In this document: one piece after another, positions 29,035-36,688 of the stretch
Layout of the letters: each line of letters opens with the position of its first letter
How positions within the stretch are numbered: position 1 is the stretch's first letter
From: Promethearchaeota archaeon
Lineage (GTDB): Archaea > Asgardarchaeota > Lokiarchaeia > Sigyniarchaeales > SOKP01
Direction: 5' to 3'
DNA: 42,016 nucleotides
Assembly: GCA_048941265.1 (NCBI GenBank)
Contig: JBHLNT010000020.1
Coordinates: 1-42,016 of the forward strand
Position numbers and translations under genes: made by a program
Notes under the pieces: generated by a model
What the model was told of the DNA's origin: nothing
The model's input: only the letters and a program-made list of their open reading frames with translations
The model's database searches: none

Positions 29035-29964
29035 CTAGCTAAAGTAAAATCGGATTTCAAATGCAATACCGACCTTGTTCAAATGGTCAAAGATCTTTTT
29101 AAAATTGGTGAAATCGTTGGAGTGGAATGTAATGAAAACGCGATCTGGAAGGTGCTAAAAAATTATGAGAAATTTTTCGCGGGAGCTCCTGTATCAATTA
29201 GAACTACAACTAAACCTCTTGAAAATAGAGATGTTTCGGTAAGATATGTAGAATTTTTTGTCCCTCATAATCCCGATCCTTATATAACAGCTATCAATGA
29301 AGGATTAATTGAAAAGAATGGACATCCAATCCATAAAATGATACGAGAATCAATAGAGACCTTTCAGATCATGGGATATGGTGTTGATTTGGATGTGAGA
29401 AAAGGATTATCAAAGATCTGGCCTTTTGTGGTTCCAGTATCAATTGAATCAATCTTTATGATGAAGAATATTCCTCCAAGTCTCAAAAAATATGAAAATT
29501 ATTTCAAAAAACATAGTCTTAATGTTTTTAGTCTTTTTGCATTTGATTTCTTCCATAATACTACCAACATCTATTTCATGCTTAAACAACCGCCTAAAGC
29601 AAGTTATAAGAACTGTGCATCACTTATCGAAGAATTGGGATTTGAAATTCCATCTAAAGAAATAATGGAAGGTTGTCGTAAGGCAGCACACCTCAATTAT
29701 ACGTTTAGCTGGGATTCAAAGAATATTGAGCGTTTATGCTTTGGTATAGCTGTAGATGATTTTAGAGAGGTGCCAATTCATCTGCATCCAGTTATGAAGG
29801 ATTTTGTCGAAAAAACCCCGCTCCAAAGTGAGAAAAAGAAATTTATCTGGGGGGTGACATTTACGCCCAATGGAATTTATTATAAGATCGAAAACGATTA
29901 TAACGGAACTATGATAGATTTCTTGGGGATGGGTTGTAAAGCCGGATTGGATACATATAATTAA
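28792..29964 (+). CDS. ABBA-fold aromatic prenyltransferase (NphB/CloQ/PpzP-type, PTase_Orf2) with N-terminal PCP_red/DUF2621-like module
   Basis: DPYITAINEGLI...GHP, YGVDLDVRKGLSKIWPF, DFFHNTTNIYF, YTFSWDSKNIERLCF, YYKIENDY. These match the ordered NphB-family motifs (DPY...GL...GHP; G.F.K.(Y/W).F; DY....VNLYF; TL.W....I.RLCF; YYKL..Y). Confidence 0.88.
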   Translation: MEWQPEVKKLFDKVVLGVPEMVRPAVEPALFEAAEKKCVERNGKAVAEVDLVVALFEVTPPAFQPVMIEDLNTFGVDYDRYLAKVKSDFKCNTDLVQMVKDLFKIGEIVGVECNENAIWKVLKNYEKFFAGAPVSIRTTTKPLENRDVSVRYVEFFVPHNPDPYITAINEGLIEKNGHPIHKMIRESIETFQIMGYGVDLDVRKGLSKIWPFVVPVSIESIFMMKNIPPSLKKYENYFKKHSLNVFSLFAFDFFHNTTNIYFMLKQPPKASYKNCASLIEELGFEIPSKEIMEGCRKAAHLNYTFSWDSKNIERLCFGIAVDDFREVPIHLHPVMKDFVEKTPLQSEKKKFIWGVTFTPNGIYYKIENDYNGTMIDFLGMGCKAGLDTYN

Positions 29965-30013
29965 ATTTATTTTTTTTGGTTTCAAAAAAAATAGTACGAA
30001 GAATGGTTAAAGA

Positions 30014-31165
30014 ATGAAATTTATAATTGATGGAGATTATAATAGAGATTTAATTTCCTTTTTTGAAAGAGAAAAATTACCAGTTACACATATGATTGTT
30101 CACGTACCAGCCAATCCTATTGGTAATAGTTCAATTTTTTTACCAAAAATTCTTCCCACATTTGAGGAATTTGAAGATTATACCAAAATTATTCAAGATT
30201 ACGGCATAGTTCCGATTGCTGGCATCGATTCCACATGCCAAGGAAACTTTGAAGCTCATGCTAAACAAAATGATGCAATTAATAGCTTATTTAAAAAATT
30301 ATCAAATTTGGGATATAAAGACATCCTCGTGTCTTCTCCGAATAATATCGGGGTTATTACAGCTAAGTTCCCAAAGATGAAAATTTTTTTATCATATTCC
30401 CAATGTGTCACTTCTTTAAATCGAGGAAAGATCTTTTTCAATTTAGGTGCCGATTATATAATTATTCATCCTGATGTAGTTAGATACTTTCCCACCTTAA
30501 GAAATTTCATTAAATTAAAAAAAAAAGAATTTAAATTTCGAGATGTAGATTATATTTTACCTTTAAACCTTGGATGTAATTGGGGATGCATTCACTGGTA
30601 TCAGCACCATAATTTGCAAAGTCATAGAACTATAAATTCTCCACTTAGTTACAATCAAGAAAAGATTTCTGATATTGCAAATGCATTTGATTATCCATTA
30701 TTATATTGCTGGAAAAAACGCCTTGAAGATCCTTTAAACCTCCTCAAAGAAGGATGGGTTTCCCCCACTAACATCGAATTATATGAAAATTTAGGTTTTG
30801 AGAATTATTTATTATTTTCTAGTAGCTTTTCAAATGAAAAAATTATAGAAATTCTTCACTCATATATAGATAAAACACTCAAGACTAATTTCAATGAATA
30901 CTTGAATTTCCCTCAACCATACGGAGACTATTGGCCAGGTGATAAAATTAAAAAGTCATTAAATTTGCTTGACCCTAATGTTATTACAGAATTTTGTAGA
31001 ACCTTTCCTTATGAAAATCATTATCCTTTCGAGAAAGAAATGAACGAATACTGCAATATATACTTAAAAAACCTAGGAGATGGAAAAATAAAAGAAAGGG
31101 ATAAGATTATCGAATTAATCACTAAAAGAATGCATACAATTGAAAAGGGGGTTTTAGAGGAGTAA
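30014..31165 (+). CDS. Divergent U32-family (peptidase U32/Fe-S hydroxylase-like) protein
   Basis: V.SLNR..F..LG; LNLGCNWGC..WYQHH..QSH...YC...WVSP...YE.LG aligns with the two downstream U32 paralogs, but the GGGR and FKIxGR motifs are absent. Confidence 0.7.
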   Translation: MKFIIDGDYNRDLISFFEREKLPVTHMIVHVPANPIGNSSIFLPKILPTFEEFEDYTKIIQDYGIVPIAGIDSTCQGNFEAHAKQNDAINSLFKKLSNLGYKDILVSSPNNIGVITAKFPKMKIFLSYSQCVTSLNRGKIFFNLGADYIIIHPDVVRYFPTLRNFIKLKKKEFKFRDVDYILPLNLGCNWGCIHWYQHHNLQSHRTINSPLSYNQEKISDIANAFDYPLLYCWKKRLEDPLNLLKEGWVSPTNIELYENLGFENYLLFSSSFSNEKIIEILHSYIDKTLKTNFNEYLNFPQPYGDYWPGDKIKKSLNLLDPNVITEFCRTFPYENHYPFEKEMNEYCNIYLKNLGDGKIKERDKIIELITKRMHTIEKGVLEE

Positions 31166-31169
31166 TATT

Positions 31170-33221
31170 ATGCGTATCTCTCTGGCCTGTAATTGGAAAT
31201 TAGATTTATTAAACTATATAGAAAATGAATATTCTTTAAAACAAAATCTGCATGATTTATATGGTACGCGTGATTTCAGTTTCAGCGGTTCAGGACGCCC
31301 TTTTTTTTTGATGCCAAAGAAACAAGAAGAGGAGATTGAGTCCTACATACATAAAGTACACGAGTTAAATTTGCGTTTTACGTGGTTATGGAATGGAGGA
31401 TGTATAGGGTATTTTAAATTCAATTCAAATGAGCAAACAAAAGCCCTTAAAGAATTAGATTGGTTAGATGATATGAATGTAGAATTTCTTACTGTATCTG
31501 ATCCTTATTTGGCTGAGTTTGCTAAAACCTATCATCCTAAGTTAAAGTTAAAAGTATCTGTAATTTCTGAGGTCAATTCTCTAACACGTGCTTTAGAATG
31601 GGAAGAAATAATTGGTAAGGATGGTGTCTTAACTTTATCCATAATGCTAAATAGGAATTTCCCTCTTCTCAAGGAAATTCGAAACGCTGTAAAATGCGAT
31701 ATTGAATTATTGACAAATGATTGCTGTTTATACGAATGTCCATTTCGATTTTTCCATTACACAGAATGCTCTCACGCTAGCCAGATAAATGATATATTAG
31801 AAGGTTATTATAACGATTGGGCTACAATGGCCTGTCAAAATCAAAAATGTTTCAATCCCGAACAAATTATCATGTGCCGATGGATTCAACCGTCAGATCT
31901 TGATAGTTATATCGACATCGGAATTGATTATTTTAAAATTTCTGGAAGAAGATATGGAACGAATTGGTTATATAGAACCCTAAAGGCATATAGTAGTAAA
32001 TCATATAAGGAGAATCTTGGGGAAATCTTCAATGGTTATTCCTTTGTCTCAGATCCTTTAGAATTAGCAGGAGCTCAATTCTCTGAATTTGCTGCTAAGC
32101 AAGAAAAAATGGGAGGAATTCCCGATGACCAGGGCATTATGTTAAGCGTGCCGGATTTTAAAGCGATATTAGAAGAAAAAAAATTACATAATTTCATTCA
32201 AAATTTTCCATATCAAGGAGCAAGGTGTAATGAAAATTGTGGGGTTACGTGCTTTTATTGTTATGAAATAGCTGAAAAAGCATATTCAATCCCATCAAAA
32301 TCTAACGCCGAATCCTATAAAAATTATATGAAATATCTTTATGATTATCTCAATGCTGGCGAGATGTTTTTGCCTAAAGAAAAAAGAAAGCTCAAAAGCC
32401 CTGTTAAAGAAATAGAATCAAATTCTTATACTGGAATTCCCTGGGAAGATGATGCCCGAGAATTTTTCCAAGAAGCTTTGATTTTAGTTCCTGAAAACAT
32501 GCAAAATGCAGCCAAACAAGGAATTGGATTTACTGCGGAAAGAACTGCAGAAAAACAAGGATTAAATTATGTTAATAAAGATTTATTAATCTCAATTTTA
32601 ATTCAATTAGTACCTCAATCATTCAAACACGATATTGTTGATTACTTAATAGAAAAAAATATCGAACTAACTCGGTTTATGAATGAGGATGATATAAAAT
32701 ATGCTAAATCTCTGCCGTATGGTACCGAAATCATGGCAAAAAAATCACAAGAAATGGATTTAGCAATTAACAATTCAAATATAATAAAAAATAGAACAGA
32801 AATCAATAAAGAAAAAGAGGTGAAAGTGTTAATGAATAGTAAAGAAGAATGGGAGGCGTATTTAACCCGCTTCATGAAAGCTTATAATGAGCTGCCCGAT
32901 TTGGCAAAGTTATTGGATCCAATAGCACCGTTAGTATTCCAATACATAATAGCGGATAGACCAGAGATGAATTACTGGCAATTTATTGAAAAAGACAAAA
33001 TGAATTGGGGAATGGGGGAATACTCTGGTCCTAATGCTCCGAAAATTATTCATAAAACGGATTTTGATACAATTAAAAAGGTTAATTCGGGTGAGTCTGA
33101 TCCTATCCAAGCTACGATGTCTGGAACTTATGTTGTGGAAGGTGATGTAACAAAGCTCATGGCTTGCGCTCCCTTGTTGCCGCTCAATGCAAAAGCCCAT
33201 CTTAAGGCAATTGAAAAATAA
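31170..33221 (+). CDS. U32-family Fe-S protein fused to a PCP_red/DUF2621-like module and a C-terminal SCP2 lipid-binding domain
   Basis: GSGRP, NDCCLYECPFR..HY..CSH, WIQP.DL..Y, FKISGR, CNENCGVTCFYC; module at aa ~423-503; SCP2-like VFQY...DFDTIKKVNSGESDPIQATMSGTYVVEGDVTKLM. Confidence 0.85.
   Translation: MRISLACNWKLDLLNYIENEYSLKQNLHDLYGTRDFSFSGSGRPFFLMPKKQEEEIESYIHKVHELNLRFTWLWNGGCIGYFKFNSNEQTKALKELDWLDDMNVEFLTVSDPYLAEFAKTYHPKLKLKVSVISEVNSLTRALEWEEIIGKDGVLTLSIMLNRNFPLLKEIRNAVKCDIELLTNDCCLYECPFRFFHYTECSHASQINDILEGYYNDWATMACQNQKCFNPEQIIMCRWIQPSDLDSYIDIGIDYFKISGRRYGTNWLYRTLKAYSSKSYKENLGEIFNGYSFVSDPLELAGAQFSEFAAKQEKMGGIPDDQGIMLSVPDFKAILEEKKLHNFIQNFPYQGARCNENCGVTCFYCYEIAEKAYSIPSKSNAESYKNYMKYLYDYLNAGEMFLPKEKRKLKSPVKEIESNSYTGIPWEDDAREFFQEALILVPENMQNAAKQGIGFTAERTAEKQGLNYVNKDLLISILIQLVPQSFKHDIVDYLIEKNIELTRFMNEDDIKYAKSLPYGTEIMAKKSQEMDLAINNSNIIKNRTEINKEKEVKVLMNSKEEWEAYLTRFMKAYNELPDLAKLLDPIAPLVFQYIIADRPEMNYWQFIEKDKMNWGMGEYSGPNAPKIIHKTDFDTIKKVNSGESDPIQATMSGTYVVEGDVTKLMACAPLLPLNAKAHLKAIEK
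32436..32678 (+). repeat. Shared module, copy 4 (between the U32 and SCP2 domains)
   Basis: IPWEDDAREFFQEALILVPENMQNAAKQGIGFTAERTAEKQGLNYVNKDLLISILIQLVPQSFKHDIVDYLIEKNIELTRF. Confidence 0.75.
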
Positions 33222-33257
33222 TGAAATCAAAATGAGAATAATTAAAAATAGTAAAAG

Positions 33258-34673
33258 GTGGAAAAAATTCAATTTCATGTAGCAACTAATTGGGACTTTA
33301 ACCTTATTGATGAGCTTGCTAAATATCCCGTGGCAAGTTTGTATGGTGTCGCAGATCACACTCTTGTAGGTGGAGGCCGTCCCTCATTCTTATTACAAAA
33401 AATATCAGAAGAACAAATTGCAGAATACATTAGAAAGGTTCATCAGAAAAAAATGCAATTTTCTTATTTATTGAATGCTCCCTGCATGAATAATATGGAA
33501 TACAATTCAGATTATCATAAAGAGCTCCTCAAATATATTCAATGGATCAGTGATATTGGAACCGATAATGTAATAGTTACTATTCCATTTCTAATACAGC
33601 TTATTAAGGAACAATTTCCTAAATTAAAAATACGCATATCGACCATCGCACATGTTAACAGTGTAAATCGGGCAAAATTTTATGAAATGCTAGGGGCACA
33701 TGAGATAACTCCTGATGTAATGATAAACCGTGATTTCCAGACATTGGAAAGAATTCAAAAAGCTTCTAAATGTAAGATTGTGTTACTTTTAACTGATGGG
33801 TGCTTATATCAATGTCCTTTTAGATATTATCACTATAATATATTAGGACATGCTTCTCAAACCCACCAACAATCCGAGCGTAATTATATCGATACATGCA
33901 TCTTAAATTGCAGTGTTATCAAATTTTCCGATCCTAAGGAAGTTATAAAAGCACGTTGGATTCGTCCTGAAGATCTATCCCACTATGAAGCTATTGGAAT
34001 TGAAGACTTTAAAATAGCAGGACGACGCATGTCGACGCAATGGATTGTCAGGGCAGTGAAAGCATTTGCCTCACGTGAATATCAAGGAAACTTAGTAGAT
34101 ATTATTCAAGGGTTCTCAATGTCATTTGGAGGTCTGGAACAAAAGGATCCGAACGTTAAAATAGGCCAAACACTTGGAAAAGAATCTAAATCTAAATTAA
34201 TCATAGACAATACGAAACTTGATGGCTTTATAGATTTTTTTAAAAAACAAAATTGTATTGCTATGTGTAATGAGTGTTCTTATTGTGATGAGTGGGCAAA
34301 AAAAGCAGTATTTCTGGATAAAGAAGAAGCTCCAAGATACGTTGAATCTTTAAAAAATTATCTTAAAGATATTATTACAAGCCGAGAATTCGGAGTAGTT
34401 TCAGAAAAAACTAAGGATGAGAAAAAAATAGGTTTAATTTGGGACCCTGAGACCGAAAGTATCTTTAACGAGTTAATCAATTTATCACCCCCTCAATTTC
34501 AATCTATGGCGAGAATGGCAATATCATCATTAGCAGAAGAAAAAGCGAAAAAAAGAGCATCAGGAGAAATTAATAATCAAGACATTGTTCAAGCATTCAT
34601 AGAAGGGACTCCAGGTCCGTTTCAAGCTGATATGAGAGAAGGTCTCAAAAAATTTGGACTTTTAAATGATTAA
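33258..34673 (+). CDS. U32-family Fe-S protein with C-terminal PCP_red/DUF2621-like module
   Basis: GGGRPS, LLNAPC, INRDF, DGCLYQCPFR..HY...GH, WIRPEDL..Y, FKIAGR, CIAMCNECSYC; module from aa ~393. Confidence 0.88.
   Translation: MEKIQFHVATNWDFNLIDELAKYPVASLYGVADHTLVGGGRPSFLLQKISEEQIAEYIRKVHQKKMQFSYLLNAPCMNNMEYNSDYHKELLKYIQWISDIGTDNVIVTIPFLIQLIKEQFPKLKIRISTIAHVNSVNRAKFYEMLGAHEITPDVMINRDFQTLERIQKASKCKIVLLLTDGCLYQCPFRYYHYNILGHASQTHQQSERNYIDTCILNCSVIKFSDPKEVIKARWIRPEDLSHYEAIGIEDFKIAGRRMSTQWIVRAVKAFASREYQGNLVDIIQGFSMSFGGLEQKDPNVKIGQTLGKESKSKLIIDNTKLDGFIDFFKKQNCIAMCNECSYCDEWAKKAVFLDKEEAPRYVESLKNYLKDIITSREFGVVSEKTKDEKKIGLIWDPETESIFNELINLSPPQFQSMARMAISSLAEEKAKKRASGEINNQDIVQAFIEGTPGPFQADMREGLKKFGLLND
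34434..34664 (+). repeat. Shared module, copy 5 (C-terminus of the last U32 protein)
   Basis: LIWDPETESIFNELINLSPPQFQSMARMAISSLAEEKAKKRASGEINNQDIVQAFIEGTPGPFQADMREGLKKFGLL. Confidence 0.8.
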
Positions 34674-34700
34674 TTTGTTTTTTTATTTATTTTTTATTTA
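34674..34700 (+). terminator. T-rich tract, putative archaeal-type intrinsic terminator of the operon
   Basis: TTTGTTTTTTTATTTATTTTTTATTTA directly after the stop codon, between convergent genes. Confidence 0.4.
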
Positions 34701-36587
34701 TTTATTATTTGAGAAGGAAATCGTCCAAGTTTTAAAAAAATTTGATATCGTTTCACATGCTGGTTTACGTGTACCATCAAGTCGTACTAAACCGAATCCC
34801 TTTTCACCACGATCTCTCCATTTATGGATAATTAATCCGCTAATAAAGATATCCTTTTCCAATAGGTTAAATACTTCTTTAAATGCATGCGATTGTGCCT
34901 TTTCATCATAAGTAAATTGTTCGAAGTCCTCTTGAAATTGAATAGGAATTGGTCCTGCTCTTATGGTATCGGTAACTGTTTGGAAACCCAATTCTGATAC
35001 GATGACAGGTTTTTTAAAGGTTTTTAGATATTGAATATTTTGACGGAATAGATGGGAGGCTCTAACAGAGGGACTGCCTTTAGGTGATACGATTCTTAAC
35101 CCTGGTAAGACTTCGATATACTTTAAAAATAAATCGCTGAAATAGAGGTTACAGCATATAATATCAAAGTGCTTCCAAGGGACATTTCGAAGTTCCCATG
35201 AGCCGGCAGCATATGAAACCATTCCGTCATAGTGGTTCCTAACTTTTTTACATAAATTTTCCAAATATGGGGTCAGTTTAGGTTGCTTTCTTCCGAGTTT
35301 CCCTATCTTGGCAAGAGGGGTAGCACCCAAACCCGGGACCATCTCTAAGCTAGATGGTGCAAATTGCGCAAAAAATTCATCATTCAACCTTTCCAAATGA
35401 CCAGATTTATCATCACTCAGTTCCAGAGTGAGTTCATTTCCGATACAAAAAATATCAATCCCAGCATTTTGGGCCCTTTGGGCATGATCCAAGCAAAAAT
35501 CTTCAAATTCATCATAAGTGAAAGATTTATCTAGGTGAGGTTTATCAAGCCCCCCAGGATAAATATATCTTGGGGAGAGAATAACGTTCAATCCAAGTTC
35601 TTTCGCTACTGATGCAAACTCATATACTCTAGTTTCAGGTCGCATAGCATCAAGTCGGATTGTATTAATATTCATTGAATGAATAACTTGCTGCAATTCG
35701 TCTTTAAATTCTTGAAGTTCCCTCGGAAACCATCCCATAGATTCATGCTGGAAATGTATACCTTTATAAAGGCCATAGAGACCCGCAAATGCATCTATTC
35801 GTTTTAATCCCTTGTTTATAAAGAGATCCATAAATCCTGGTACCATTTGAAAAGGTCTAGTCACCCAACCACTCAGTTCAAGAACAGTAGTTTTTTGTTG
35901 ACTTACAGCTTTTAATATTTCATCATGATTATGGATATCATCAAGATCAGGACCGACTAAATTGAAAAACCTACCAATATGATGGATCGTATGTGCATCA
36001 TCTCCTCCCAAAATGAACATTTGTGGTCTTAATTTAACAAGGGCAGAACACATATTGTTAAGGAAGGGGGGAAGATCCGCATGAAAAAATTCAATTCCAT
36101 CAAAGTTGAATTTAGAGATTTTTGATATCTTCAGTCCACCGAATGGTCTGAAAATTCCTTCAATGGGGTGGAATGGATGGGCAATGACAGCTAACCCTCC
36201 TTGCTCATGAATATCCTTAATAACATTTTTGATTGAGGGTTTCTCTTCTCCTTCAATAAGAATTTCAGTTTGTAAACCATAAGCGAGAACGCAACCATAA
36301 CTGCTGTCAATTTCCTCAGAACATAAATAGCCACAATCTGGGTATTTATCCTTAATATAGGTTTTTGCATACTCCGCCACTCGCATATTATTATGGTCGG
36401 TTAGAGCTATGAGATTTACTCCAAATTTAACAAGAGTATCAATAACCTCACGAAAATCAACCCCATCTGAAAAATTAGTGTGATTATGAGAGGAAAAAAT
36501 AATGTAACCTTCATTTTTTAATTGATTTAGCTCTTTTTGGCTAACTCTTCTAACACTAATTCCAGAATTAGGGTAAAATGTCGCCAT
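34698..36587 (-). CDS. PHP phosphoesterase domain fused to a clan GH-A-like TIM-barrel glycoside hydrolase
   Basis: HNHTNFSDG, ALTDHN, EE, AHPF, GGDDAH (PHP); C-terminal INTIRL, IGNEL (acid/base), VSYAA..WE, DIICCNLY, KPVIVSELGF (nucleophile), FGLV..DGTRKPA. Confidence 0.8.
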   Translation of the reverse strand: MATFYPNSGISVRRVSQKELNQLKNEGYIIFSSHNHTNFSDGVDFREVIDTLVKFGVNLIALTDHNNMRVAEYAKTYIKDKYPDCGYLCSEEIDSSYGCVLAYGLQTEILIEGEEKPSIKNVIKDIHEQGGLAVIAHPFHPIEGIFRPFGGLKISKISKFNFDGIEFFHADLPPFLNNMCSALVKLRPQMFILGGDDAHTIHHIGRFFNLVGPDLDDIHNHDEILKAVSQQKTTVLELSGWVTRPFQMVPGFMDLFINKGLKRIDAFAGLYGLYKGIHFQHESMGWFPRELQEFKDELQQVIHSMNINTIRLDAMRPETRVYEFASVAKELGLNVILSPRYIYPGGLDKPHLDKSFTYDEFEDFCLDHAQRAQNAGIDIFCIGNELTLELSDDKSGHLERLNDEFFAQFAPSSLEMVPGLGATPLAKIGKLGRKQPKLTPYLENLCKKVRNHYDGMVSYAAGSWELRNVPWKHFDIICCNLYFSDLFLKYIEVLPGLRIVSPKGSPSVRASHLFRQNIQYLKTFKKPVIVSELGFQTVTDTIRAGPIPIQFQEDFEQFTYDEKAQSHAFKEVFNLLEKDIFISGLIIHKWRDRGEKGFGLVRLDGTRKPACETISNFFKTWTISFSNNK

Positions 36588-36688
36588 GACTAATAAATGA
36601 CTTTCTTTCTTTATAAATACAACTCACATCTAAATAATAAAATGAGCATAAATGAAGAATATAATGATACAAAATTTATCAATTAAGG

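Noticed and set aside
24503-34664. Chlorophyll biosynthesis (PCP_red module, BchE-like rSAMs)
   Set aside because: There are no nitrogenase-like reductase, chelatase or other bch genes. The similarities are at domain level only.
30014-34673. Calling the U32 genes ubiU/ubiV or collagenases
   Set aside because: The Cys spacing differs from UbiU/V, and protease activity is poorly supported for this family. Only an analogy is claimed.
23415-34700. RiPP interpretation of the operon (SPASM + B12-rSAM + prenyltransferase + 'peptidase' U32, with the module as an RRE)
   Set aside because: I found no precursor peptide ORF in the gaps or flanks and no transporter. The prenyltransferase is NphB-like rather than cyanobactin F-type, and SCP2 points to a lipid substrate. 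The idea is disfavoured but not excluded, since a precursor could lie elsewhere.
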